A stretch of 64,000 bases of DNA. Origin: Nageia nagi. Taxonomy: Eukaryota > Plantae > Pinophyta. This document shows positions 1-13,458 of the stretch, piece after piece. The notes under the pieces were generated by a model. The model made no database searches. It saw only the letters and a program-made list of their open reading frames with translations, and had not been told where the DNA came from. The stretch lies in contig JBITNC010000001.1 of NCBI GenBank assembly GCA_050084985.1, forward strand, positions 150,598,001 to 150,662,000. Reading direction: 5' to 3'. Every line of letters starts with the position of its first letter. Positions within the stretch are counted from its first letter, which is position 1. A program made the position numbers and the translations under genes.

Positions 1-237
1 ATTCAGTGACAGTTGGGCAACGTGTCAACATTAACTTTTGACTAAGCTGAATTAAAATTGACAACTAAGCAGTACACTAACATTAACTCCTAATAATACT
101 GAATTAAATTTGATCATTAAAGACTTTACTTTTTCGAAAACTGTGCAATAATAATTAATTAATTAATTATTATTATTTTTTTTGAAATAAACATTTACAA
201 TATTTATACTATACAATGTCTTGCGGGGAATGCAAGT

Positions 238-1417
238 TTATCTCATCATCCGGTAATGTTTTAAATAGATCTCGTTGATGGGAATAGGTAATTCTCGGGA
301 TCTGGTAACATCTTGTAACTTGAACTCATTATTTTGCATGGCCTGGGTAATGATGTAAGGCCCGTTCCAAAGAGAGTCAAATTTTTGGTGTCTTCTAGGT
401 CTTGCTTTCCTCATCCCATTTGAAGACAATATCACCCGATTCGAACTTCACCCGGGAAGACTTTTTCTTATCAAACCACCTCTTGACGATGTGCTGGTGA
501 TGCTGGAATGATTCATATGCTTTGTTGCGATCTTCTTCCAATTTTAGGAGTTGATTATATCTGGACTGCAATGGCTCAAAGCCATCGTCTTCCATTTCTT
601 GTAAGATTTTTAAAGCTGGTAACTCCATGTGTATTGGCAACACTAGTCTTTTGCCATATACCAATGCATATGGGGATGTCTTTATTGCTGGTTTTATACT
701 AATTCTATCAGCCCATAATGCATAGTCCAACTGTGTATACCACTGTCTGGGATTCTCTTCAATTGTTCTCTTGATGATCCGAGTCAGATTTTTGTTAGTT
801 GATTCAGCTAACCCATTACCCTGTGGGTAATAGTTTGAAGAGAATAACCAGTAGATTCCATATTGAGCTACAAAGCTTGACAGATTGCCTCCGGTAAATG
901 CCGGACCATTATTTGACACTATGGTTTGTGGGATTCCAAAGCGGGTGATTATCTTTTTAATCATTTCTATCACAGCTTCATGATTTGCATATTTGCATGG
1001 CATAGACTCTGACCATCTAGTGAAGTAGTCTGTTGTAGTCAAAATAAATTTGTGGCCTGCTGAGGAATTGGGGTTTATTACACCAATAAAGTCCATACTC
1101 CACTGTTGAAAAGGCTCTTCGACTATCGCATGTTTGAGAGGCATGGCAGCTTGTCTTCTTTTTCCCACAAATCTGTTGCACTTATCACATTCCCGTGCAA
1201 TCTTAAATGAATCTTGAAATATAGTGGGCCAATAACGTCCTGCTTGTAACACCTTTGCTGCTGTAGTTGGTCCACTATAATGCCCGCCAGAGAATTCGTA
1301 ATGAAAGTCATGCAATATCCTTTGGGATTTATCTTCAATCACACATCTGAGAAGTGTTTGATCAAAATTTTTTCTATACAAGCGGTCATCTATCATAACA
1401 AATTTAAGGGCATGCAA
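238..1417 (-). pseudogene. Gypsy integrase, frameshifted near the C-terminus
   Basis: ORFs 395..1417 and 238..435 carry the zinc-binding HHCC, the rve core and a GPY/F motif. Confidence 0.92.
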
Positions 1418-3304
1418 CTTGAACCTCCTTTTTTGGAATCTATCTAGAGCTTCAGGGCACTTACCCGTTTGAAAATAAACAATAATTTGCTTAATCCAAT
1501 CACTTTTCTTATTAAGTTGCTATTCATCCTCCAGAAGAGCAATCATATGTGAAGCTTCGCCCATAGTCTCACAGAGAGCCCTGCCTTTGATCAACTTGGT
1601 TGGCTTGATCTTTATATCATATTCCATTATTTTAGTAATACAACCAGCTTTTCTTTCACCTAGATCTCCTTGTATAATATAATTTTTTACATCTGGATGA
1701 ATAGTATATACAAGGATTCTATTGTGTGAGACATAATGCTTGAACTTTTTAAGTTCTTTCATAATAGAAAACAGTTGCTTTTCAATAAATGAGTACCTTT
1801 GTTGGTGTTGATGCAGTGTCTGACTATGAAAGGCAATTGGGTGTTACTCATTATTATCATCCTTTTGTGCAAGAATTGCAGCAATACTCCTATTCGCTTC
1901 ATATGCATACATGATAGAATCTTTTGACATATCAGGGTTTTTAAGCACAAGAGCTTTTGTTATAGTTTTTTTTATCTCTTTGAAGGCTACTTTTGCTTCA
2001 CAAAACCAGGAAAATACATCTTTTTTTAGCATTGAAATGATTGGAGACAATTTCTGAAAAATTATTAATAAATTTCCTAACAAAATTGATCTGACCAAGG
2101 AATGATTGTTAGGCCTTCTTGTTAGAGGGGAGTGGCAATGCCTCTATAGCTTTTACTCTATTTGGATCAATTGCTAACCCTTCTTTTGAGACAATGTGGC
2201 CAAGTAACTTTCCTTGGTTAACCATAAAAGCTAAGTTTTTTGGGTTGATTAAAATGCCAAACTTCATGCATTTTTCAAAGACTAATCTCAAATGTTTCAA
2301 ATGATCACTTCTACTTCTGGAGAAGATATTAATATCATCTAGATAAATCAATATGATCTTGTTTATTAGCTCACCAAATGCATGATCCATGGCTCTTTGA
2401 AAAGTAGCTTCTGCATTAGAAAGACCAAATGGCATCCTTTGAAAAGCAAATGTGCCCCATTTAGTCGTAAATGCTATCTTGAACTGATCTTCATCCTTCA
2501 CCCAAATCTAATTAAATTCTGAGTAACCATCTATTATTGAAAAACAACAAGCTCCGGCTATTGTGTGCAAGATCTGTTCCATAGGTGGGAGACAATAATT
2601 ATCTTTCAGGGGCACTTTTCAAATTTCTGAAATCAACGTAGAGTCTGATTTCTCCATTTTTCTTTCTTATAGGAACTAAATTTGCAACCCAAGAAGAATG
2701 CTTAATAGGATAAATTATTTTTGAATCAAGGAGTTTGATTAACTCTTGTTTCATAGCTTCTTTTATTTTTGGATTTACAGGTCTCTACTTTTGCCTGTAT
2801 GGTTTAGCATCTGACTCAAGTTCAACCGTGTGTTGGATGACGTCTTTGTCATATGTCTTAAGATCATCGTAAGTCCAAGCAATCACTTGGGAAAACTCAT
2901 GATAAATCTGAGACATAGCAGCCTTTTCTTCACCAGAACATTCTGAACCAACTTTTATGAATTTACCGAGCTCTACCTCCAGCTCAACATAATTCTCCTT
3001 CAAGATGATCGAAGACTTGGCCTTTAGGACATCTTCTGAATCAAATAGTCTTTCAAAAGAGAGCAGTCCTTTTGGTACTACATTGTTTTTAAGTTGAATT
3101 AAGTCTAATTCTTGGAAACAATTAGACATTTCCTAACTACCAAAAGTGTGAGCCACTGCTTCATCTATAAGGAAATTGACAATATGCTCATCGGAGTCAA
3201 ATACCTGCTAGAAGTTTCCAACATCGGGTACTGAAGGCCTACACTGAACTTTGACTCCAAGAGCTCCTCTTTTATGTTGAGCAGGGTTATAATGTGCTTT
3301 TCTT

Positions 3305-3670
3305 CCAGCAAGTGCATCAACTATTTGGTTGTGCTTTCTGGGGACATACAAAATTGATAGCCAGAAATGACTCCAATAAATCCCACACTCTGTTCCTGTA
3401 GTTCTTCAGATAATGGTGTTTTGCATTGATCTGATTTCTGATTTGCTTGATGACTAACTCAGAATCACCATGGACAATCAAACATCTAATACCTAAACTA
3501 ATTGCTTTAGATAACCCTAAACAAAGGGCTTCATATTCAACAACATTGTTTGTATAGGTCCATGTGAATTGGAAGGAGAATCTTTTGGTAGTCCCCTTTG
3601 GAGATTTGAAGACAACTCCAGCTCCACATTCATGTCTGCATCAGGAACCATCAAAATACATCATCCATAC
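3305..3670 (-). pseudogene. Additional archaeal-type RNase H (aRH) domain between PR and RT
   Basis: Manual translation: VWMMYFDGS*CRHECGAGVVF...TNNVVEYEALCLGL..A...GI..L.VHGDSELVIKQ...NQIVDALA. Confidence 0.88.
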
Positions 3671-5760
3671 CTCATGTTCTTTATCAGTAGTAATTGAAAT
3701 CGGCTGAACTTTCTCATATATACAATAATTGCCCATGCCAACATCTGTGACCTGATAATTCAGATCATTGGTTGATAGAACTTCGGTTGTCAGTAGTGAT
3801 TCCCTTAATTTGTCACTTTCAAATATTTCCGCTGGTTATGGATCATTTATACAATTTACTTCATTAATCCTCTTGAGATAGACAGTTCTAGTGCCCTCAT
3901 TTAGAATCTTCACCTGTTTGTTTTGGAAAGAAAGCAGAAGATGACTATAATTTAAGGCCAGGTACCCTCCCAATTTAGCAGTAAATTCTTTGGAAAGACA
4001 AATTCTGAATAGAGGTGAAAGATCAACTACAATAATGTCTGGACAACACGAATATCAGGGAAGGCATTCAAGCTTATTTGAACACCTTTAACACTACCAA
4101 CAACATCTACTGAGGAAGAATCTAACTGTATGACACCATCAATGCATCTTGTAATGCATAATTTCATTTCGTTTGCAACAGTTTTAGGGATAACAGTTAT
4201 AGCAGCTCCAGTATCAATCATACAATTGCTTACTACCCAACCTTCTAATCTCAGGGATAAATAGAAAGGTGGAGGTCTTGTTACACCTATTGGAGCTGGC
4301 GGGACAACTTCAGACATAACATAGACAAGATTTTCTTCAATTGTCCTTGTTTTACTATTTTTTAATTTTAAAGCTTCTTGCAGAAGATCTAATTGATCTG
4401 GAATCTTTAATGCATCAAACATTGTCATCTTAGAAGGAGTTTTCTTCAATTCTTCCACAATATTATACGGAGCATATGGAATGGACTTACTTAGTTTTGC
4501 TTGTTGATGTGTTTTGAAATATTGGGTAGCCTTTTTTTTTATGATAATCAATGATGAAAGGATATCTCAACGCACTGGGTCTTTCTTTCTTCGGAACTTC
4601 TTTTCTTGTTGGAGCGAGGTTTGTTTCACCTGGGGCACTAGTACCCGGGTTTGATGGAATAGCACTTGGACTTGTCGGAATAGTATCCTGGTTAAACGGA
4701 ATTTGATGACGTTGGTTCTGAGGCTGAGCTAAGGGAGTCTTAGTTTTCTTGGGTTCAGGTTGGGCTTGAGTGGGAGATTGATACTGTTGAGTGGCTTGAG
4801 GCTGTCGTGGGGTTGCTGAAGAAGTTGCTCTGGTTTGAACACAATTTGTTTATTCTTTAGCAAATCCCGGAACCCAAAAGTTAACCATTGTGAGGTTAGC
4901 AGCAGGATCTGAAGCAGGTTCTACCATCTGGTTAGAATGTAACCCCAAATATTGATGTTGATACACTGCACATGAATCTGGAAAATGAGGAGCTGAACAT
5001 GGCGGACATCATTCCGCAATGCCCGAAGTAGCACTATATGCAGAACTGGTCATAACAACATTCTCAATTGTTTTAGGAGGATTAGATTGTTCTGGCTGAT
5101 TGACTTTAGGTTGGAATCTTGGTTGATACTGATTATCGTATCTTCTATAGTTAAAACCATGATTCTGCCTTTTTAGCAGAGTGAGCTTGTTGGTTAGATT
5201 TCTTATAGTTATCTCCAATTGCCTTATTCTCTCCTCTTCTTGAGATTTAGGTTCAATACCAGCGCTTGTGGATGCAAGAGTAGGCAATGTTGGTAGGTGA
5301 TTTTGAATAGTAGGTTTGGGAGGAGGTGGTAAGGTTAGAACTCCAAGGTGATCTATTTGTGGAGTTTGTTTAGGAGGTAAAGTTGGAAATGCAGGCATAA
5401 TTGTTCTTGGCTGCATTTTACCAGAGGACACCAAGGTATGTTTTGCAATTTTGCTGTCTGGTAAACATCTGGGAATTTAACTCCTGACATAATAATAAGC
5501 ATATTGAGGTCAGGAAGAAAAGCTTTTCGGTAATATACCAGAGCTTGAGCATTCGTTGGTCTTATCCTTGCTGGTATAGATTTCCATGTTCTTTCAAATT
5601 TGATATTAAAATCATCAATAGATTCATGCGAATGTCTTTTGATACATGCTATGAGGCTAAGGAACGTGCTATCATCGCCACTTGCAGAAAATCTTTTAAT
5701 GAGGGCTTGACACAACTCTCCTCATGAATTTATAGATTGGGGGGTGAGAGTTCTGAACCA

Positions 5761-5842
5761 TTCTTTAAAAAGCTTCAAAAATGCCCTAATTCTTTAAAAA
5801 GCTTCAAAAATGCCCTAATTCTTTAAAAAGCTTCAAAAATGC
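5761..5842. repeat. 29-bp tandem repeat (~2.8 copies) at the gag/LTR deletion junction
   Basis: TTCTTTAAAAAGCTTCAAAAATGCCCTAA starts at 5761, 5790 and 5819. The homologous LTR has a single copy at ~60670. Confidence 0.9.
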
Positions 5843-6299
5843 TAATTTGAATGCTAAATTGAGATTACAATATCGTTTTAGTGGGAGAACAGTTTCATCT
5901 CACTAAAATATGCTAAAAATAAAATATTTACAAAAATCAATACCCTTTGGCACCCATTTTGAAGTGTTTTGCATCAATTTGGCAAAATTTGGAGCTTCAA
6001 ATGTTCGTTTTGGATCTTTCTGAGAGTCTTTTGAGCTCCTTCTATCTTTGAACTTGGATTTGCCTATGATATGATCATTGTGGCAAAAATTTCAAGGGAT
6101 TCTAAGAGGATTTTTTGAAAAAGTGGATTTTTTGGTCTATTTTCCAAAAAAGATGTGGGGGGGGGTCTGAAATTTGGAAAAAATTTAAAAAGTGGATTTG
6201 AGCTCATGGATGGATGGAAGATGGGATCATAAGGTACTTGGCTAGTTTTGAGAGGTTTTGGAGCTTTTTAGGAGATTTATGAAGGATTTGAGATTTTGG

Positions 6300-7650
6300 C
6301 AAATTTTTCCATTTTCATGTCAATGGATTTCATTTGGTAGAAAAAGTGAAATTTCCATAGAAATGAAAAATGCCTCCTAGATTTTTGAGCCCTTTAACTT
6401 GCTCATATCCAAAAGTTTAAAAGTGCTTAGAATGTCATCTTCCATGCAATGAAACCATAAAATTTGACTTTTGGGCAAAATTTGTTATTCCTCCTCAAGT
6501 TAGGTGCCATTTTTCATGCCATTGGATTTGGAAAAATTAGCAAACCTGCGCCTAGGAATTTGGGGCACTTTCCTTGCTCAAAATAAAAAAATTGCAAGTT
6601 TAAATATGCTTAGAATCATGTTTTCCATGCAATTGACCCCTAAAACTCGAGTTTTGAGGCAAATTTTTGAATCTTCTTCATGCTAGGCGCTAGAATTCAC
6701 TCCATTGGATTTCCAATGGCATGAAAACCTGCACCTACCTTTTGGGTGCCTTTTTGTTGCTCAAAATTGAAATTTTGCAAGTCTAAATGTGCTAGAAATC
6801 ACCTTTTTCACTTAATGGACACCTCAAAACCAATTTTTGTTGAGTTTTGCACTTATCCCTCCAAGTTAGGTGCCACTTTTCACCTCTATGGATTTCGAAA
6901 TATATGGAAAACTGCGCCTTGCATTTTGGTCCCAAAACTTGCTCAAATTTGAGATTTCCAAGACCTAAATGTGCTCAAAATGCCATTTTGCATGCATTTG
7001 ACTCTTGAAACTTGTGTTTTCACCAAAATTTATCAATTTTTTTTAATTCTAGGCACCATTTTGCACTTCATTGGAATTCCATAGCCTTGAAAACCTGTGC
7101 CTAGCCTTTAGATTGCCTAAAAGTGTTCAAAATTGAAAATTCTGAGTATTAAATGTGCTTGAAATGGTCTTTTCCTTGTTCCCAAGCATCTAAACCTGTG
7201 TTTTGAGCAAAAAGCACTTCATCTTGTCCATCTAGGCATCAAAAATCAGCCCATTGGATTTGGAATCATTTGGAAACTTGTGCCTAGGAATTTGGGGGTC
7301 AAAACTTGCTCAAACTCGAAAAATTGAAGATCTAAAGTGCCTTAGAATCACCTCTTCCATCTATCTATGCATTTACATTTGAATTCCGATGCATTTCCAC
7401 TTTTCCTCCACAATCTAGGCTCCAAAAATAATCTCTGTGGTTTTTCCATAGTCTTGAAAAACTGCACCTAGGATTTGAGTGCCTTATACTTGGTCAAAAT
7501 TGAAAATTTCAAGTCTCAAATATGATAGAATTCACCTTATCTCTCCAATGAGGCTCTTGGAATTGAAATCTGATGCCATTTGCATTTATCTTTGAAAAGC
7601 ATGCACCATTTTCCCTCATTTGGGTCTTCAATACCTTGGGAAAACATGTC
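6300..7650. repeat. Degenerate tandem array of ~183-bp hairpin-containing units
   Basis: A TG(C/T)(G/A)CCT motif recurs at ~6547, 6730, 6913, 7097, 7280 and 7463. Confidence 0.85.
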
Positions 7651-7890
7651 TAGGGCTAGGGGTACTCAAACTCTCATTTCTGACCCATTCTAGACTCAAT
7701 CTATGCATTTTTGGCCATTCCTGGTGTTTCCATGCTCAAACTTGACCAAAACACCTCTTTCGATGCCTTCGACCTCAAACTTTGCATTTTCAATGATTTT
7801 CGAACTCAAACGATGCAAGAACGACCATTTCTGCCTTTCCGAGCTCAAACTTGTCATTTTTCATCATTTCCGGCACTTCTAGGCTTAAAG

Positions 7891-7990
7891 TATTCATTTC
7901 TATCCATTTCCAGCATTTTTGGGCTTAAATTATTCATTTCTATCCATTTCCAGCATTTTTGGGCTTAAATTATTCATTTCTATCCATTTC
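7891..7990. repeat. 40-bp perfect tandem repeat (2.5 copies) within a wider degenerate ~40-bp repeat zone
   Basis: TATTCATTTCTATCCATTTC... starts at 7891, 7931 and 7971. Confidence 0.9.
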
Positions 7991-8618
7991 GGGCATTTCC
8001 AAGCCTTAAGTGTGAAAAAACGACCAATTCTGGCATTTTAAAGCATTTTTGGCCATTTTGAGCTCAGCTTTGCATTTTTGACCATTTCCGAGCCTTTTGG
8101 GCTCTAATGGTGCCAAAACGCATATCTTTACTATATTGACTACTTCCGGACTCAAAATCGACCAAAACGCGCCTTTTCGTGACAATGACCATTTTTGAGA
8201 TTTTGGGTTCATACTTGACAAAAACGCTCATTTTTTGTCATCTTAGCTACATCTATTGCTCCCGGACTTAAATTTGAGAAAAACTCTAATTTTTGTCATA
8301 CTTGCCACTTGTGAGCTTAAAACTCTGCAAAACCGATCCCATATGCATTGATTGCACTCTAGACTCAAAAATTCGTTCTTTGATGCTGTCTCTCAGATCT
8401 TGGCTCTGTGGCTCCAAAACTAGTGATTGGATACTCTGATACTCTTCGGGGTCTTTGTGGCAAGATCTCCTTGAATTGCTCCTTGATATTATGTTTGCAC
8501 TCTTCAGAATGAACTATCTGTTGCCAAAAGCCAATCTCAAGGCAATGCACCTCAGTGCCTTTGCAAAAATAGGGTCCCCAAAATCTTGTATTTTGGGGTG
8601 TATTGTGCGCGCACAACA

Positions 8619-10617
8619 GAGACATGGTGTATTTGAGGTTGCAACTCTATAAGCAATCCACTCTCAAGATGAGGGGGCAGAGAAACTACAACCAAGGTTC
8701 TTTGAGGTTGCATGATTGGTCATATTCTTCCAAGATTTCCCTTAAGTCAGATTCGTAATTATTGAAGTAGAATTTCACTAGACAACTCCAAATCATGTAG
8801 AGAGTCGCAAGCACATCAATCAAAGGTTTTTGTGCCCCAAAAATCCACGTCTCAGAATGTGAGTGTTCTTTACTTTGTGTCCTGAAAATCTATTCGCTAC
8901 AAATTGCTAGGACTTACCCTCCAAGATCACAAGCTGTCCATTAGCCTATGTTCAATTTTTCAATTCTAGATAAGTCTTCTCTGAATCTCCTTTTGTGAAA
9001 TTTGCATGATCCTCATTGCTAGATCATATACTGCATATTGTTATTAATCTATTTTCATTTTGTAGACATAATACATTGTAAAATCCCCAAATTAAAATAT
9101 TCAGAGCCTAGTTGAAATATTATGAATCTATCCAATAAAAATTCTGATATATGCAATTAAAATTCTGATCTATCAATTAACCTAGAAAATTACACAAAAC
9201 CCACAAAATGGCATAGATCTAGCCATGTAAATTTTATTAAATTCTGCTCAAATACAAATGGACAGATGAGGCAAAACCCATCACAAATCAACCTCTAAAG
9301 TGCATAATAACAAATCCCCAGCCTGGATGCCCTCCTCTAGGAGGTAGATCACACCACAAACATTGCAAAATCCACTCCAAAACCCTACTGCAAACTGAAC
9401 TGCTGAAATTTGAAGCACAAGTGTAGATCTTGAAGTAGATCTGTCAATTTCCAACCAGGAGCAAGGGCACGTCTCCTTAGCAACAAGATTGGCTAGATTT
9501 GAAGAGCAAGGGCACATCACCTTGTCATTGCAGAACGTGGGTAAGGGGTGTGCTCAACCTCAACCTGAAAATGATAATAATCAAATGACATAAAGATGCC
9601 CCAAATGCGAATGCTCCTAGCATTTAAATACATAGTAATTCTAATTTCTCATTATGTGGCCCCCACAACTTAAAGCTACATTATGTTATCTCCTAACATT
9701 ACTATTATCCCCTAACATTACAATTTTAATACTTAAAACACTCCTAACACTACAAAAAGGGGCGTCCCACTTCTTAGCCCATATTGACCCCTTTAACTTA
9801 GCCAATTTTGACATGACACAACATTAAATTAGTGGGACCCACATGGTGTACCTTTCTAGGGTTTATCCAATTTAGCATTCAATTCCACTTTAATTCTTGA
9901 ATTAGGGCATTAATGAACATGCTCATAAATCATACAAAACATGTGCTCAAACTGGAATGTAACAACAGTAGCTAAATCTGATATAAAATGCTCATAACAT
10001 GTGGACGACCAAAACTAGGGCACAAATCAGATCTGTAATATAACAGAAATATAGCTTCAAAAGTACTCAATTCGCATTCATTCCCATGCACAATGAAGAT
10101 AGAAGCATAGCAGAAATATGTAGCAACACTCACTCACATTCGAGACGCAATATGAGAGCCAATATAATCAATAATGAACCAATAATAAAAATAGGGCTGT
10201 AACAAGCCTATAACAAGTTCTAAGGCAAATCACAAGACTCAAGAATACTCAAACTAGGCTTCTCAAGACTTACGCAAGTTCCAAGTAGGCTCCCAAGATA
10301 GGTGCAAGTCACAAGATGTCTCCAAATGGTTGGCGCAAGCTCCCCAAATGGCAATAATAATAGGCGCAAGCTCTCCAAGAGGTGTAGAAGTGTAGATGAG
10401 CCATTTCTAGGCTTGGGAGTAGTTCTAAGGCCTAGAAGGTAGATAAACACTAAGGATGCCCTTAGCTTGGGTGCATGCCTGTTAGGCACAAATATGAATA
10501 AAATGATAATAAAATACTCCTAAGCTAAGTGCTAGAGATCACAATGAATAGGTATGAGGGGAAGATGTCTAAATATCCCAAATTGGGGATATTACACTTC
10601 AAAAATGAGACATTACA
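8619..10617 (-). mobile_element. Stacked LTR remnants, including an LTR (9847-10596) related to the LTR at 45463-46418
   Basis: 9847-10440 is clearly homologous to 45468-46070. LTR-type termini GATATTACA (ends 10596) and GACATTACA (ends 10617). Confidence 0.7.
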
Positions 10618-12916
10618 TACATTGTTTATATTTCAATACATTGTTCTCATTTTTTGTGTTTGCAGCCTCTGATCTTCCAAAGCCTGAAGAAAATTGGTAA
10701 TGTTGTAAATTTATAATGCTTGTCTCTAAACAAAAAGGTAGAAAGGGTGACCTTGTATATCAAAAAATAGAGGATCTACCTTGTATATTTGAGAAAAAGA
10801 GGATGGGAGTATGCTGATATCTGGATCTATCATCGATTGTGTGTCCATATCATGCTTAATTAAAGGAGATAATTAATGTTGTATTACTACGGAAGCCACA
10901 TTATACCGATTCCCAATAGTTGATGCTTCTTGAAGGTGAAGAGGCAAACATTTATTGTTTGAATGATGGTAAAGAAATATCAAAATTATTTTGGACAGTT
11001 TGATTTAGGAGAAATGACAAGAGATACAGAATTGATCCAAAAATGGGAAAATAATATTATTAAATGCTTAGCATGACGTTGCTATGATGTATTACTTAGT
11101 CAACAAAACTAGCTTATTTGTCATGTTTGAAATTTTTTTTGTCTGGCTAAATGACTGCAACTGAGTAGTATTTGCTTGTGCGAGTGCTTTCGTCTGCATG
11201 AGAATGTTAGCAACACTATTATCTTTATCTGAAATGTATTTTCTTAAGTACATACTTTACTTTAGATAAGCATTCGATCTCTATTTGCTACGGAGAAATT
11301 GTTAAAGTATGTGAATTCACAGCTTCAACAATGAAGTGCTTGCTGTTAGAACATTTAAAAAGAAAAGCAAGCCCAAAGATCAACAATCCCTATACACAAT
11401 CTTTTTATTCATCCTAATATCAAAATACAATCGCAATCATCCATAATTAAATAAAGTAAAAACAAAAATTCTGTTCTTAATTTGTAATAACTAATAAGTG
11501 TTATTCTAGTTTTAAAATACAAGATGCTGAAGTAAAATGCTACTTTTCAGGAATGTCTCTGAAAGATGATTGGGTGCCACTACTCAAGCAGATAACGACC
11601 AAGTATAAGTGGAATGTGAAATAGAGCAAATATTTGAGTTCTGCAAGATAGAGCCACAATATAACTAAACTAGAGTTGTGTTTATTTCTCCAATTAGTCA
11701 ATGTATATGGTACAAATGAAGTAGAATGGCTCCAAATGTCAATCAGGATGTCACAATGCTACAAGAGAGTTCTTGCCATATTTATGATTCCTCTAAATTA
11801 CAATCTTCAAAAAATGGGACCGGATACTAGTGGTAAAATAGTTCTTATGAAGTCATGAAGGCCATATGATTTTCAGAAATGCTTCCAATTTGCCCACTTT
11901 ACATTTACTTGTGACTTCGTTTCTACAAGCTCTAAAGAAATCGCTCTTTAAACTGAGTACGTATTTGGCCATTTCTTAAACTTTATGTTTGGGCTTTGTG
12001 TCATCAGAATAATTTATGTTGATTCCTTGTGGTTGTGACCAGCTCGCTGGATATGGTTTATCTGGGCCTTAGAACTGGTAGTTTTTTGCCATATGATTTT
12101 GGGATTTATTCCACATATTAAGCAATCATTACTGTGCAATATAATATCATTTACTGTGTCCCACAATGTAGTTAAGGTGAAACGACGAGAAGGAAACATA
12201 ATATCTACAAGAATATTTGTTAATATGAAGCTCTCAAACAATTGAAAGGATGTTTTGACTTCTCATATAAGAATGCATATTTGTTATAGCTAAGTACAAG
12301 ATTTTGAGAATTGATAATTGTAGAATCATTCTCATCCATGGTAGTTATACTAAGATTGATGGAACCAAAGTGAACTCTTCTTTTAGGTGTGAGGTAGCTA
12401 CTGCACCTATGCTCTAACTTGGGTACCTCTACAAACATTTAATGCTCATATACAAAAATTGTTGGTGACTCCATCATTTTTTTGAGCCTGGAAGGATAGT
12501 TTCTTCCCTTGCTAAATTGAAAATTGGGATGAATGCATAATTCCTGTGTATTTTTCTTGGGATTTGAGAAGGCTCTACTACACTATGCAAGTTTCCAAAA
12601 TGTAAGCTTTATCACTCTTTTCTAGTCTGCTACGACCTCCTTCCATGTTAACTTTCCCTCGATATGTTTGTTTGTCATTGCTTGGGTTAAAATAGTATGA
12701 ATAAATGTCAAGACAAATTTATTGCATCATATTATTTGGTTAGTTTTTTTTACTTTTTGCAGGAATATTTTTTTTCTCGTGTATGCTATTCCATGGGTCA
12801 TTTCCTTCTCTGTATATTCTCTTATAATACAACTCCAATAATAATAATCTTGCAATTGACAATTATCAATAATGATTGTTTAATAGAATCTGATTATATG
12901 TTATCACTTGTTTCAG

Positions 12917-13005
12917 GAAAAAGTACAACAGCTGCAATGATTGCGTTTGTGCTGCAAAGCTTAGGATATGATATCACAGCTATAGTAGGAGCAAATGTGC
13001 CGCAA
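12917..13005 (+). CDS. murC: MurC internal exon A (P-loop): (G)KSTTAAMIAFVLQSLGYDITAIVGANVPQ
   Basis: Acceptor tttcAG at 12915-16 and donor GTaata at 13006. The phase-1 start completes the Mur-ligase G-x-H-G-K-S/T-T-T P-loop. The following helix and D.TAIVG match MurC. Confidence 0.9.
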
Positions 13006-13458
13006 GTAATAACCTTGAATCATGATTAGTTTTTGATTGGTTTCTGGAGTATTACATAAAAGTGCGTGATTTTCCTAAATTATTTCATTTTTAAAATTAT
13101 ACAAATTAATATTTTAAAATATAAGATTAAGTAAAATGCTTTTTAGCTGTTAGCAAGCTAATTTCTATGATTATCAACATAGGGAATTCAGTGGAACCCT
13201 TTAGTCTTGGATCCAAACATAACTTTAAACTCTGTATTCTTGTACTTTCTCTTGTTGTTAGCACCCCTTTCAGACTAATACAATGTTTAGACTCTGTTTA
13301 TGTTCCACTTCTTTTAGAGTCATGTTGACTTTTTTTTGTCATCTATGGACATTAATAAAATTTCTTTCCTCCTTTATTTCTTGAAGTGAGGCACTTCTTG
13401 GGGGCTTATTGTTATCTGTGAGTTAGAAGTCTGAGTGGGTAATAGTTTGTATGGCTTC

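Larger units (their letters stand above)
1..8618 (-). mobile_element. Degenerate Ty3/gypsy Tat-clade retrotransposon (gag-PR-aRH-RT-RH-INT) with a probable partial 5' LTR; continues off the left edge
   Basis: Minus-strand ORF fragments: gag 5353-5760, protease IDTGA ~4200-4225, extra RNase H 3305-3670, RT (YLDD, 2109-2501), RNase H 1520-2098, integrase 238-1417 (HHCC, WSMDF, YYPQGNG, W.GPY). Many stops and frameshifts. Confidence 0.9.
5761..8618 (-). mobile_element. U3 portion of a long LTR (hairpin-array family, copy 1)
   Basis: Homologous to ~60670-63898, with fewer array units. Ends in TATTGTGCGCGCACAACA at 8601-8618. Confidence 0.85.

Noticed and set aside
6300-7650. CRISPR-like look (palindromic repeats at regular spacing)
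   Set aside because: The intervening sequences are homologous to each other, the repeats are degenerate, the context is a eukaryotic LTR, and no cas genes are present.
11551-11625. Possible upstream MurC exon after ttttcAG (MSLKDDWVPLLKQITTKYK...)
   Set aside because: Only a faint resemblance. It lacks IAV.G.HG and a suitable phase-1 donor, and it runs into a stop.
12697-13029. The 110-aa ORF as a stand-alone gene (also 44804..45085)
   Set aside because: Only the part between splice sites is MurC-like; the rest is intron read-through.
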